This document shows positions 5,498 to 15,532 of a stretch of DNA of 29,240 bases, piece after piece; the stretch's first letter is position 1, and each line of letters opens with the position of its first letter. The DNA comes from a virus: positions 1 to 29,240 of the IMG/VR virus record IMGVR_UViG_3300045988_021367; one strand, 5' to 3'. A model generated the notes under the pieces. The model was given only the letters and a program-made list of their open reading frames with translations. It did no database searches and was not told the DNA's origin. The position numbers and the translations under genes are program-made.

Positions 5498-7441
5498 CTA
5501 ATATAAATTTGGATATGGACATCTTACATTTATTGACCCTGTTATTTTCATATCATCGTTATATCCGTTGAAAATTGTTAGCTCAATACCACTTGTGGAC
5601 ATATAAATGCTCTTTATCATGCCTCCGTTAGAGGTAAAGTTCCCACTTTGTGTGGTGAACGATATTTTTTGTGAAAGGATTTCTACATTATATGGATTGT
5701 TTAATGCACCATCAAAATAATTTGGAAGAGGAATAATTATCTTTGTATCTTTACCATGAAAGGCAGTTGTTTCTGGAATTGATACAGTTATATTATCAGG
5801 ATTTATTCCATCTATGGTATTGGCAAAGATGTTAAGATTAGAGGTATAGTCTGTACCTGTCTTGTTGAACATTTTACCATTAACAAGATTATTTGTTATT
5901 GAAGAATTTGTTATAGATTTAGTAAAAATAGCTACATCAGGAGCGACTATTCCTGATTGGTTATCTTCCGAATTTTTTCTAAACAAAGAATTTGTAGAAA
6001 TATTAAATAGAGATCCATGAAGATAGAGATGATTTGTTAAATTTCTTTCAAACTGATTACCTGAAATAGTTGTACTAACCGCATTAGCCGTATATATTCC
6101 ATAAGTAGTGTTTCTATCAATAATGTTATTACTAATTAAGTTGTAAGTCGCTTTCGTTAAGGATATTCCTATTCCATTCCACTCTATTTTATTATTCACA
6201 ATACTGTTATCATTGGAATTATCAAAATTTATGCCGACTTCATTAAAATAAAAAAAGTTATTAGTTATCTTTGAATCCGTGGCATTCATTACTCCGTTAG
6301 TACAACCGTTAATTTGACAATTCATAACATTTGACACTTTGATGTTAGATAGCCCATTAATACAATTTGAGATTTTCACTCCCTCAATAGTACTAGAGTT
6401 TCCGACAAGTATTCCATTTGTTTTCTTATTACCTTCTATGGATAAATTCTTTACGGTAATAGCGTTGGGCAGAATACCATCTCCCCAAACATTGTTCTTT
6501 ATCACATAGTTGTCTGCAGAACCTATTCCATTAAGGAGCGTTATATTTTGTGTGTTTTTTCCTCCCCAAGACTCAACCTTACTAATTCCTTGTATGATTT
6601 GTCCTGATGAAAAACCATTCAATTCTTTTACATTATACTTACCGGGGGGTAGAAAAACTGATAATCCTGTATTAATAGCGCTTTGTATCGCAACAGTATC
6701 ATCAGTTACTCCGTCTCCTTTTGCTCCAAACCATTTGACATTAACTCCTCGTTCAGCAGATTCGTTATAAACTCTAGTCATGAACGATTTATCCGATTCG
6801 AATGACCTAAAATCAGTATTTTTACCGATTTGTTTATCTAGCCTAGTCGGCAGGTCTGGGTATGCCGAAGCAGCATCTTCCGGTTTCCTTGACCTTATCA
6901 ACTCGCTAAGAACCTGGCCGCCTGGATCAATGGATTCAATAATTTCACGGTTGGATTTCACAAATTCTTCCCAGCTAGTTTTACCATCTTCAATGTATTG
7001 GTTGAAGATTCGATTTAACTCTTTGAAAGTCCACCAGTAGTTTGAGTCTTTGAAGGGTTGCGAATAAATGGATTTCTCAACGATATATTTGAAAGTTCGA
7101 GTAGAGAATTGCTCAATCCACCGCTCGCCTTCTTGTTTTCTAAAGCTAAAATAAGCTTCATTATATCCAACCATTTGCAAAGCATTATCACTGGCAACAT
7201 ATTTCAGTGTTCCATTTTTTGCATCAAAGGAGACAACTCTTTCTTCTGATACCCCTTGACCTGTGACTTCTTGTGCCATTAAACAAAAGTAAGGCTGTAA
7301 GCCTTCAAAGTTCTTGGGCTGACCGTTCTCTACGATTTGAGCAACAATTGCTTGACTATTGACATCAGCATGTCTTAGCTTAATAATGCCAATATTGCTA
7401 TTAGGTTCTGTGATACTTAAAGTTATCTTATATTCTGTCAT
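5498..7441 (-). CDS. Baseplate/receptor-binding protein: BppU-type N-terminal domain fused to a right-handed beta-helix (Pectate_lyase_3-like) domain
   Basis: 647-aa ORF directly after Tal. The N-terminal ~190 aa fit the baseplate-upper-protein (BppU_N) pattern. From about aa 231, NVKWFGAKGDGVTDDTVAIQSAINTG is followed by many N/G/I-rich beta-helix coils. Confidence 0.85.
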   Translation of the reverse strand: MTEYKITLSITEPNSNIGIIKLRHADVNSQAIVAQIVENGQPKNFEGLQPYFCLMAQEVTGQGVSEERVVSFDAKNGTLKYVASDNALQMVGYNEAYFSFRKQEGERWIEQFSTRTFKYIVEKSIYSQPFKDSNYWWTFKELNRIFNQYIEDGKTSWEEFVKSNREIIESIDPGGQVLSELIRSRKPEDAASAYPDLPTRLDKQIGKNTDFRSFESDKSFMTRVYNESAERGVNVKWFGAKGDGVTDDTVAIQSAINTGLSVFLPPGKYNVKELNGFSSGQIIQGISKVESWGGKNTQNITLLNGIGSADNYVIKNNVWGDGILPNAITVKNLSIEGNKKTNGILVGNSSTIEGVKISNCINGLSNIKVSNVMNCQINGCTNGVMNATDSKITNNFFYFNEVGINFDNSNDNSIVNNKIEWNGIGISLTKATYNLISNNIIDRNTTYGIYTANAVSTTISGNQFERNLTNHLYLHGSLFNISTNSLFRKNSEDNQSGIVAPDVAIFTKSITNSSITNNLVNGKMFNKTGTDYTSNLNIFANTIDGINPDNITVSIPETTAFHGKDTKIIIPLPNYFDGALNNPYNVEILSQKISFTTQSGNFTSNGGMIKSIYMSTSGIELTIFNGYNDDMKITGSINVRCPYPNLY

Positions 7442-7452
7442 TTATTATTTCC

Positions 7453-10185
7453 TTAAAAATTAATTATGTCTCGAGGATTGATGCGAGCCCACTGCTTGCC
7501 CTTCCAAACTTCGAAATGCAAATGAACGCCAGTAGCGAGACCTGTAGCACCAGAAATACCAACTACTGTGTCTGGGGTGACTTGTTGCCCCATGCTAACT
7601 TGAATGTTTGCTAAATGTCCGTAATATGTCCAGTATCCATCATGTTCAATCACGACGTAATTGCCCCCAACAGCATGATTAGGGACTATTTGAACGACCT
7701 TTCCGCTTCTCGCAGCGTATACCGGCGGTTTTGCTCCTCCAGTTGGCGCAATATCAATACCGCCATGAATTGAACCTGTGCCGTAACCGATTTGATCCCA
7801 TTCTTGAGTGACAACATAAGGCACTCTGATTGGATTTCGCCAATCAGCTTTAGGAATAGGTACCCCAGCGAAAAGGTTATACCAAGTTTGGGCATACCCC
7901 CTTCGCTCTGGGTGTGTCGTTGCTGGTCGTTCGAAGTTTCTTTCGAAAACAGTTGCTGCGCTTGCTGCGTTAGTCATAGCTTTAAATCCGTCAACAGTTG
8001 TTGGCGCAACTGAACCAATCCATTGACCCGACGTCATAGCCCAGTTGACTACTTTCATCTGAGTAGGCATCTCACGATAATCTCCAGCGACACCAGCAGC
8101 TTTTACAAGTCTTTGGAAATACTCACGGCCATTGTTTGTTCGTGTTCCTACAAGTGGATATGCTGATCCGTCAAACTGCACAGCGCCATAAGCGGGTCCT
8201 CCAACCTGATCAATATCAGGATTCATACTTGGACCAGCTTCACCATTGATATTTCCTAAAATGCCAGCCGATGCACCTTCTGAATAACCAAGAGACCTAA
8301 GCGTAGCCCACGCTTGCCATGCGAACTTTTCAGCTTGTGTCTTGACGATATCTGGATATATTCCGTTCCACCCGTCACTACCTCCGCCCCCAGAAGCGGC
8401 AGATGTTATTTCGTTCCCATTTAGGAATAATTTACCATCGACGCTGACGTCTCCATAAAGTTTTAATTTTCTGTTTTCGGCCGTGCTGTCTTTTGGAATT
8501 TCTAAAACATTTAAAAACGTTCCGTTGTTTGCCTTTGATGATAAAGCGAAAGAGTAACCAGAATTTTGAATTGCATTAATCCCTTGAAGTTGGCCGTTTG
8601 TATATGTTGGCGCAAAAGCGAACATTTCTTTTTCGGACGACCCATTTCTTTTAATAAAACGAATTTTACCTTGGTCAAGTTCAATAATGAAGTCACGATT
8701 AACTGAACGAATCTTGACCCCTTGCAAAACTCCGGCATTAATAAAATTAGCATTGAAAGTCCCATCAAGTGTCCATGCAGTATTACTTTTGCCATTATGA
8801 ACATCTTGAATTGTCGTCCATTGACCTTTTTTACATTGCTTGAAAGATATTCCAACATTATTTTGAATCATGAAATACTGTGATTCTTGAATTTTTGGAC
8901 CATCCATAAAGACTTGCTCATAAGTTTCTCTTGATTTAGAAACGCCCGCTTCAATCCCATTGACCATATAAATTGACCCACCATTGGCACCAGCACCACG
9001 CATAATATCATCTTGATACTTTCCGATTTCAGTTGTTTCAAAGAAAGTCATTTTATTATTATCAAGGTCTGAGATATTACTTTGAATCTTCGATAACTGA
9101 CGATTGAGAGAGTTGCCACTTAAATTATCACCTAAACTAGCTTGCACTCGTCCATTAACATGGTCAGTAACCACTTTAAAGACTCTTGTCTGATAGTGAT
9201 AATTTCGGTCTCCTCTGTGAATTGAAACAGTATTTCCAATTGAGTCACTGCCTAATATCTCAGTACTAAACTGAACGAGTGGCCGGCAGTAATAAGCCAG
9301 TTTTTCATAAGTCTTTTGTAAAAGCTCGTCTGCATCTTCCACATCATCAAAGACAACCACTGTTTTCCGAGGAAGCATTTTTCCATTTGACGGAATGCCG
9401 TATTCTTCTGTCATTTCTGGATATTCAATCCAATTTTGGCCTTTTGGCTTATCAAGTGGTTTACCATTAGACTTTTTCCATTCAACATCTGAAAATTCAA
9501 GTCTTCGCCCATAACCGTCCCCAACTTCTTCACCTTTCCCACGTCCAATTAGGGCAGTGACAATATTTGTGCGGTCTTGTTCGTGGACAATTTTCAGAAC
9601 TTCCTCACCATATTCAAAACGTTTATTGGTTATTTTCCCAATTTGGTTATAGCAGTTAATGATTTTTTTAGTAATCTTATTTCCTGTGATTTCAATTGAA
9701 AAGGTAAACTCTGCACCTAATTCTTGTAGAGCTTTTAGAGCTTCACGCATGGAAGTATAGTAAAAGGTGCTGGAAACCGTTTTAATCGGTTCACAGATAC
9801 CCAATACCCAGTCACAACCTGAATCAGATAAAAGCTGGTTGATCACATAAGAAAAAGACCTATTTTTAGGCCTTATATCTTTAATGATAAAATTATCCAG
9901 TTCATCAACGGCAAAATTTTTCGCTTCAAATGATAATAAATCATCTTCATCTTTTGCGGTTAAAATTCGGTATAAAGAAAATTCTTGCTCTTTTGTATCA
10001 TTGACTGCAATATAGCTGGCATCTTTAATTGTTTCGTCAAAAGGTAAAGAAACTGAAAGTGTATCATTCATTAATTCAGAAGCGTTGGTTGTGATTTCTT
10101 TTGTCTGAACACATTCTGTGAATTCATCGGAATCATAGCTTTTGATGACTTGTTGCATCTTATCTAAAAATAAGATATTACTCAC
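7453..10185 (-). CDS. Tail-associated lysin (Tal): tail-tip N-terminal domain, Gly-rich hinge, lysozyme-like domain, C-terminal M23 peptidase
   Basis: 910-aa ORF with a GTG start overlapping the Dit stop. SGGGGSDG hinge. GILGNINGEAGPSMNPD...FERNFERP is the tail-lysozyme pattern. HGGIDIA ... GVHLHFEV is the M23 motif. Confidence 0.9.
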   Translation of the reverse strand: MSNILFLDKMQQVIKSYDSDEFTECVQTKEITTNASELMNDTLSVSLPFDETIKDASYIAVNDTKEQEFSLYRILTAKDEDDLLSFEAKNFAVDELDNFIIKDIRPKNRSFSYVINQLLSDSGCDWVLGICEPIKTVSSTFYYTSMREALKALQELGAEFTFSIEITGNKITKKIINCYNQIGKITNKRFEYGEEVLKIVHEQDRTNIVTALIGRGKGEEVGDGYGRRLEFSDVEWKKSNGKPLDKPKGQNWIEYPEMTEEYGIPSNGKMLPRKTVVVFDDVEDADELLQKTYEKLAYYCRPLVQFSTEILGSDSIGNTVSIHRGDRNYHYQTRVFKVVTDHVNGRVQASLGDNLSGNSLNRQLSKIQSNISDLDNNKMTFFETTEIGKYQDDIMRGAGANGGSIYMVNGIEAGVSKSRETYEQVFMDGPKIQESQYFMIQNNVGISFKQCKKGQWTTIQDVHNGKSNTAWTLDGTFNANFINAGVLQGVKIRSVNRDFIIELDQGKIRFIKRNGSSEKEMFAFAPTYTNGQLQGINAIQNSGYSFALSSKANNGTFLNVLEIPKDSTAENRKLKLYGDVSVDGKLFLNGNEITSAASGGGGSDGWNGIYPDIVKTQAEKFAWQAWATLRSLGYSEGASAGILGNINGEAGPSMNPDIDQVGGPAYGAVQFDGSAYPLVGTRTNNGREYFQRLVKAAGVAGDYREMPTQMKVVNWAMTSGQWIGSVAPTTVDGFKAMTNAASAATVFERNFERPATTHPERRGYAQTWYNLFAGVPIPKADWRNPIRVPYVVTQEWDQIGYGTGSIHGGIDIAPTGGAKPPVYAARSGKVVQIVPNHAVGGNYVVIEHDGYWTYYGHLANIQVSMGQQVTPDTVVGISGATGLATGVHLHFEVWKGKQWARINPRDIINF

Positions 10186-10946
10186 TAAAGCACCGCCTTT
10201 CTGTATTGAATCGTTAACTCATAGTTTGAACTTGAAAAATCTGTTCCAGTTGTCAGTCTGACATTTTTGAAATCAGAATCAAGGTCTAAGAGGTTGTTAT
10301 TTACTTTACCGTTAAGAAAAGTATCGCCTGAATGAAAATCAAATTCCAATAGGTCGCCTTTTTTAGCCTGTGATGCTTTCAAGCGATAATTTCCGTCAGT
10401 TGCAAATAAACCCTCTGTCAGTAATTTAAATGACAGCCTATCTGGTTTAACTGGATAAGGCAAAACTTCAATCACTTTATTTTTTACACTTTGAGTTTTT
10501 CCGTGTTTAAATGGCTTACTACAAAGGACAGTAAAGCTTGAAATGATTGAATTAGTATCTCCAGCCACATTGTCTGCAGTCTTGAAACGACCATAAAACG
10601 TATATTCCAGATCATCATTAAAAATAATGGGAACATCTTCTTGACGAATCAAGAACGCCTTTAAAATATCAAACTTTTCTTGTATAGCTCGAGGGTCCCT
10701 ATCCTCAAGCTTATATTTTATCGTCAACTCCCGAGGAGGATATTTAACATTAGTGATCACACCTCCTACTTGCATGTCTTGTGTTTCAAAGCTGAGAGAA
10801 TACATTTCTCGCCCCTCAACCGTCAAAGTCTGATAACCTTCTATGAGTTCCTCTAACCAAGTCCCATCATAACTCATGGCGCTGGTTGGAATAAAAGGAA
10901 GGTTGCGATAATGCTCCTGTTTTGTCGTATCTCTAAACTTGTACAT
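10185..10946 (-). CDS. Distal tail protein (Dit)
   Basis: 253-aa ORF between TMP and Tal with AGGAGG SD; size and position are typical of Siphoviridae Dit. Confidence 0.8.
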   Translation of the reverse strand: MYKFRDTTKQEHYRNLPFIPTSAMSYDGTWLEELIEGYQTLTVEGREMYSLSFETQDMQVGGVITNVKYPPRELTIKYKLEDRDPRAIQEKFDILKAFLIRQEDVPIIFNDDLEYTFYGRFKTADNVAGDTNSIISSFTVLCSKPFKHGKTQSVKNKVIEVLPYPVKPDRLSFKLLTEGLFATDGNYRLKASQAKKGDLLEFDFHSGDTFLNGKVNNNLLDLDSDFKNVRLTTGTDFSSSNYELTIQYRKAVL

Positions 10947-10955
10947 TTCTACCTC

Positions 10956-13178
10956 CTAAAATCCCATATTTAAGTTAATTGCTTGACCTTGTGCGTTAGA
11001 AATGTCATCCACAAAGGCTTTAAAGGTTTGATTCCCAAGCTTCACAGTAAATGAAGCCGGCTGTTTGCCTTGGTTAAGATTCACATCATGAGAAACTTGA
11101 CTACTGATTGAGCGATTAGCAGCCGCAACATTTGCCCCAATATCCACAGAATAGTCAGAATTAATTGCATTAGCAATCATGTCGCCCATTCCTGAAACGT
11201 TGGATTGAACATCACGGAAACCTCTAGTTAAACCAGAATTTAAACCATTCATAATGGCATTACCAGCGGGAATTAAAAGTTTTCTATCCTTACGGATTGG
11301 CCCTTTATGCTCACGAATCCAATCTCCAATTCCGCCAATAAACTTCATACCCGCTTCCCAAGAACTTTTTAGGCCTTTTACAAATCCATCAATAATAGCC
11401 TTACCAATGTCAAAAAGATTAATTTTAGATAAGCTGTCAAATATTCCTTTAATAGTATCAATGCCATTTTTTATCAAGTCTTTAGCTAATCCCATTACAT
11501 TATCGAATGTTCCGGTAATGTAATTTCCAAAAGCTCCGACAATTTGATTGATTCCATCTAAAGCGCCTTGCCAGTCTCCTATAATAAGTGACCAAACAGT
11601 TTTTATTATCCCTTGGATAACATTCATCACTGTATCTATCACCAACTGGACTTGTTTAATAACGAACGTTACAACTGCCAAAATATTGTCTAAAGAACCA
11701 GAAAAAATATTTGAAATCAAAGCCCATGCTACCTGTACAATCCCTGAAATAACATTGCTCCAAATTTCCCAACCAGCTTGCATTTGTCCTAATGCTAAAG
11801 AAACAACTGCTTGAATTGCGATCATTGCGACTTCAAATACACCTTGGATGACTCCCCAGACTGTTTTAATTAAGTTCTGTATTCCTTGCTGATTTTCAGT
11901 AAACCATTGAGAAACTTGAGTAAATGTATTCGTTATGATGCCAGAAATAAATTCAATAACTGGTTGTAAAAAGTCAGAAATAGACTGCCAAATTTGAATG
12001 ACTGCATCTCTAAAACCTTTATTAGTGTCCCAAAGATTTTTGATTGCTAAAACCAAGGCAACAATTCCAGCTATTGCTAAAACATAAGGATTTGCGGTTA
12101 ATGCAGCAAACAGAGTTTTTACAGCGCCAGCAACTTTTTGAAAAATAAGCATTCCGCCAACGATAGCTATTAAAGTTGTAAAACCTCCACCTAATCCTTT
12201 TAGTAAAGGAGTGAAAGGCTTTAAAATATTTCCTAGTTGAACAAAAGCAGTTATAATAGATGGGAGTACTTTAGATAAAACAAAATTAATATTTTTAAAA
12301 GTATCAATTATAGATTGCTTCATGCCATCGAAAACTGTCGCAATACCATTTTTAAATCCATTATTTTGTAAGGCGATATCAATCGTTTTTAGTACTCCAG
12401 TTATTCCGTTTAACACAGCATTTTTCATGTTAGTAAAAGATGTACCAATACCGCCAGTTGCCGTTCTTGCAGTTTGCGCAAATCCTTTAACTCCACCGTC
12501 CAGTTCTACAAATCGCTTATTCAATTGTTCCATGGTAATGTCACCAGATTGGAGCTTGGCGTATAAATCACGTTCAGCGCTTTTACCCGTGAGACCAAAT
12601 GATTTAGCAACTTGTGTCAAAGCGTAAGGCATTGTTTCTTGAAGGGTTCGCCAAGACATTAAATCAACTTTACCACTAGATAACATTTGACTATATTGCT
12701 GAACTCCTCGGCTTGCATCTGCAGCACTTGCCCCAGAAGCTAGAAAAGCATCGTTAAGAGCTATTGCTGTTTTAGCACCACCCGTTGCGCTTTTCTCTAA
12801 AATGGCAAAGCTTTGAGAGCTTTTTGTCAGTTCTTGAAGTGAAGTAGGTAAACCATCAACGCCTTTTTTTAGTAACTCGGTTGACTTAGCCACATCATTC
12901 GTTGAAAAGCCCATTTGAGCCATTACTTTTGGATAGTTTTTTAAAGTATCAAAACGGTTAATTGCACCATCTAATGAATTTCTAACCAAACCTACCGCTG
13001 AATCAATAAGTTTAAAAACCCCGACACCCTTGGCAATATCTAGGATAGAAGTATTTGTATTTTGTGAGTTCTTGTTCAAAGCTCTCATTGAACTATCTGC
13101 TTTATTCATGGTTGAAGTGAAATTTTTATCAACAGCACTCAGAACCGCTTCTACACTATAAGATTCCATGTTTTTCAT
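10956..13178 (-). CDS. Tape measure protein
   Basis: 740-aa ORF after the chaperone pair, with a long hydrophobic/helical central region. The second ATG (13169) has better SD spacing and may be the true start. Confidence 0.9.
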   Translation of the reverse strand: MKNMESYSVEAVLSAVDKNFTSTMNKADSSMRALNKNSQNTNTSILDIAKGVGVFKLIDSAVGLVRNSLDGAINRFDTLKNYPKVMAQMGFSTNDVAKSTELLKKGVDGLPTSLQELTKSSQSFAILEKSATGGAKTAIALNDAFLASGASAADASRGVQQYSQMLSSGKVDLMSWRTLQETMPYALTQVAKSFGLTGKSAERDLYAKLQSGDITMEQLNKRFVELDGGVKGFAQTARTATGGIGTSFTNMKNAVLNGITGVLKTIDIALQNNGFKNGIATVFDGMKQSIIDTFKNINFVLSKVLPSIITAFVQLGNILKPFTPLLKGLGGGFTTLIAIVGGMLIFQKVAGAVKTLFAALTANPYVLAIAGIVALVLAIKNLWDTNKGFRDAVIQIWQSISDFLQPVIEFISGIITNTFTQVSQWFTENQQGIQNLIKTVWGVIQGVFEVAMIAIQAVVSLALGQMQAGWEIWSNVISGIVQVAWALISNIFSGSLDNILAVVTFVIKQVQLVIDTVMNVIQGIIKTVWSLIIGDWQGALDGINQIVGAFGNYITGTFDNVMGLAKDLIKNGIDTIKGIFDSLSKINLFDIGKAIIDGFVKGLKSSWEAGMKFIGGIGDWIREHKGPIRKDRKLLIPAGNAIMNGLNSGLTRGFRDVQSNVSGMGDMIANAINSDYSVDIGANVAAANRSISSQVSHDVNLNQGKQPASFTVKLGNQTFKAFVDDISNAQGQAINLNMGF

Positions 13179-13184
13179 CCTTTC

Positions 13185-13888
13185 TTACTTATTTGCTTTT
13201 TTCATGAGGTTAATTAGTTTTTTGTCCTTTTTAAAAGCACTGTCCGAAGTTTCGATTCCTAAAATATCATTTTCAAATTTTTCTTTATCAAAAAACTTCT
13301 TGAAGGTCGAATAAACTGGAACTTGCTTCTTACCTTGTTGCTTAGTTGATTGAACTTGCCAATTTGCCCATGCTTGTTGGTAAATAAATTCTTGCTCATC
13401 AAGTCTTTTTAGCCTATAAGCTTTCAACCTTAATTCATACTCCGAAATGGTCATGCGCTCTATATCTCTTAGATTAGTAATTCCGAGATAACGCAAACAA
13501 TTTAACTGAACTTGTTCATAGAGTTTGTCAAAATCTGTTACTGTAGATTTTTGCTGACTTCTTTCTCGAAGTTCAACGTTTTTTTCTTGGTAAATTCCGA
13601 CTTTTTTAACTCTTCGAGTACTAAATCAAAAAGCGCATCAGCTCCATTCTCTTCAATCCATTCAACTATCCCTTTCTCAGAGACACGAGGATTTTCTGTT
13701 GCATTGGCAATTTTTAACATTTCAACAAGTGTTTCGATATCTCCACTAAAAAAGTTCATCAAAGCATTATCTAAACCGGCTTTTAAAGTCATCCCATGTT
13801 CTGTTACTTCATTTTTTTTATTCAATTCCTTAATGAATCGGTAACCAAAGATGAAAACATACTGTTTTCCATTAATTGTTAATTCCAT
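13185..13888 (-). CDS. Tail assembly chaperone, long form (G-T) by -1 programmed frameshift at A AAA AAG (13601-13607)
   Basis: Zero-frame reading TTA AAA AAG places the canonical heptamer in the correct phase. The -1 frame is open from there through the 13185..13496 ORF. Confidence 0.7.
13538..13888 (-). CDS. Tail assembly chaperone, short form (gpG-like)
   Basis: 116-aa ORF with AAGGAG SD, positioned between the major tail protein and TMP. Confidence 0.85.
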   Translation of the reverse strand: MELTINGKQYVFIFGYRFIKELNKKNEVTEHGMTLKAGLDNALMNFFSGDIETLVEMLKIANATENPRVSEKGIVEWIEENGADALFDLVLEELKKSEFTKKKTLNFEKEVSKNLQ

Positions 13889-13902
13889 TTTGATTTCTCC
13901 TT

Positions 13903-13933
13903 AAAAAATAAAGGCTAGAGCGAATCTCTAGCC
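13903..13933 (-). terminator. Rho-independent terminator/attenuator after the major tail protein gene
   Basis: Minus strand reads GGCTAGAG-attcg-CTCTAGCC followed by TTTATTTTTT. Confidence 0.8.
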
Positions 13934-14003
13934 TTTTGTTTATAGTATTTAAATTGTCACTTCTACAACTGTACCCCAGGCAGGGCCAGTAATATTTTCA
14001 GCT

Positions 14004-14501
14004 TTATCCCCGAACAGTATCTTTGAAGACATACTGAACAACATTAGCTTGTTCAGTAGTTAGTGTGGCATTGCCCTTTTGAGGTTTACCAAACACTCCG
14101 AATTCTAAACTCAATTCAAGCGCATCTTCTGAGTTTGGTTCGTAAGAGAAACTTGTAAGATAAGCACGAAGATATTTCGCTTTGTACTTTCCGTCAGATC
14201 CTTTTTCAGCTTTATCAATTTCCCACACTTCAATAATTTCTCCATCATCAAACGCTTTGTCCATTTCGTCAAGATGTGGGTCACCATTTGCTGCAATAGA
14301 TGTGGCAGACAAACTGTATTCAATTGCTGCAAGAGAACCTATTGTCCCATCTTTGGTTGCTGTAGTGTTGTAATCTCGAGTTTTTTCATTCGAGTGTTCT
14401 GTTTGGAAAGCGAGTTTCCAAGCGGCTTCTTTTGTTGCGTTACTAAGCAAACGATAGAGCAAGATAATATCTTTACCCTGTTTGGCTGTTAATTCTGCCA
14501 T
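14004..14501 (-). CDS. Major tail protein (TP901-1/phi13-family pattern)
   Basis: 165-aa ORF. N-terminus MAELTAKQGKDIILLYRLL and position upstream of the chaperones. Confidence 0.85.
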   Translation of the reverse strand: MAELTAKQGKDIILLYRLLSNATKEAAWKLAFQTEHSNEKTRDYNTTATKDGTIGSLAAIEYSLSATSIAANGDPHLDEMDKAFDDGEIIEVWEIDKAEKGSDGKYKAKYLRAYLTSFSYEPNSEDALELSLEFGVFGKPQKGNATLTTEQANVVQYVFKDTVRG

Positions 14502-14511
14502 ATTAAATCTC

Positions 14512-14901
14512 CTATCTTAGTCTAAATTCTAAGTTAATCAACGCTCTTTTAAGCGATGTATGCGTTGTTGTATCGTCCAGCATTTGAATGGTACTTGCTT
14601 GTGAATTCAAAGCCCAAGAATAGCCATCTGTGCTATTTATATTTAACGCTTGGTTAAATATATTGCTTGCCATGTCAGACACTTCCTTGCGCTTCTTCTG
14701 TAAGCCCCAAACAGATAATGAAAGACTTACTGTGCCTTTGATATCTGTTTTATTTGCTTCATGAATGGTTTGAGTATTCTCCATTTCAACAAATGGATAG
14801 CCCACTTCATTCATTGGCTTATAATCGTAAACGGTATAACCCAAAGCTTGAACTTGTTTGAACAATTCATCAAAAATAGATTGGTCTCGAGTTTTAATCA
14901 T
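14512..14901 (-). CDS. Tail completion/terminator protein
   Basis: 129-aa ORF directly upstream of the major tail protein gene; call is based on position. Confidence 0.65.
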   Translation of the reverse strand: MIKTRDQSIFDELFKQVQALGYTVYDYKPMNEVGYPFVEMENTQTIHEANKTDIKGTVSLSLSVWGLQKKRKEVSDMASNIFNQALNINSTDGYSWALNSQASTIQMLDDTTTHTSLKRALINLEFRLR

Positions 14902-15224
14902 TTCATCAACCTTTCTAAATCATTTGTGAATACTTTTTTCTGAATGTTAAACGCAGGTTTTACAAATGGTTGTGCAGCTTGAAATCGCGTCCCATACTCT
15001 ACATATCCAGCATAATCAGTATGAGGTCCAGTCGTTCCTGTAAGTCCCCCGTCTGTAAAATCACTGGTTATTGAACGCTTCATGTTTCCTGTATCTACAG
15101 GAGCAAGATTTTGCATATTCTTGTTCATGCTTGCAGTATTGCTTTTTACAACATGTTTGACATCATCAAGCGTGGCATTTTTTCTCAATTTCTTTTGCAA
15201 GGCATCAATTCCAGTTATTTTCAT
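14898..15224 (-). CDS. HK97 gp10-family head-tail component
   Basis: Start chosen at ATG 15222-15224 (ATGA overlap with the upstream stop) rather than the longer track [13 protein letters not shown]...YAGYVEYGT fits the gp10-family pattern. Confidence 0.75.
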   Translation of the reverse strand: MKITGIDALQKKLRKNATLDDVKHVVKSNTASMNKNMQNLAPVDTGNMKRSITSDFTDGGLTGTTGPHTDYAGYVEYGTRFQAAQPFVKPAFNIQKKVFTNDLERLMK

Positions 15225-15532
15225 TGATTTACCTCTTGCAAAATAAAAGTGTTTCTCTCGCTTGGATTGCGATATGTTGTTAAAGCCCACTTTTTATTAT
15301 CAAACTCAATGTAATCATATTCTGGCATAGTAAAAAGGGGCATCATTCGCATGACTTTTGCTCCTTGTTTAATATCTCCAAAAATTTTAATACTTCTGTC
15401 AGTTCCAATATCAGTGATGTTTGCACTAAATACTGCTCGAGTTGGTTCTTTTTCAACCCATTCGCCTAAATCGGGGTCATAGCGGGAGTCGGGCGATTCT
15501 TTGATAAAAGTAACTTCATCTAAATATCTCAA
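15221..15532 (-). CDS. Head-tail joining / head closure protein
   Basis: 103-aa ORF with a TTG start overlapping the upstream stop; position and size fit. Confidence 0.7.
   Translation of the reverse strand: MRYLDEVTFIKESPDSRYDPDLGEWVEKEPTRAVFSANITDIGTDRSIKIFGDIKQGAKVMRMMPLFTMPEYDYIEFDNKKWALTTYRNPSERNTFILQEVNQ

Noticed and set aside
8511-8858. Minus-strand ORFs nested out of frame inside larger genes (8511-8858, 3825-4076, 14111-14332, 19559-19801, 20963-21202, 7686-7895, 2288-2479, 16272-16463, 20522-20710, 7015-7200)
   Set aside because: They overlap confidently assigned genes in alternative frames, have no SD, and have no recognisable motifs.
13169-13178. Choice of tape-measure start codon
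   Set aside because: The first ATG (13176-13178) abuts the GAAAGGA SD with no spacer, whereas the second ATG (13167-13169) has about 8-nt spacing. I kept the longer coordinates in the feature list but note the shorter form is probably correct. This is not a biological anomaly.
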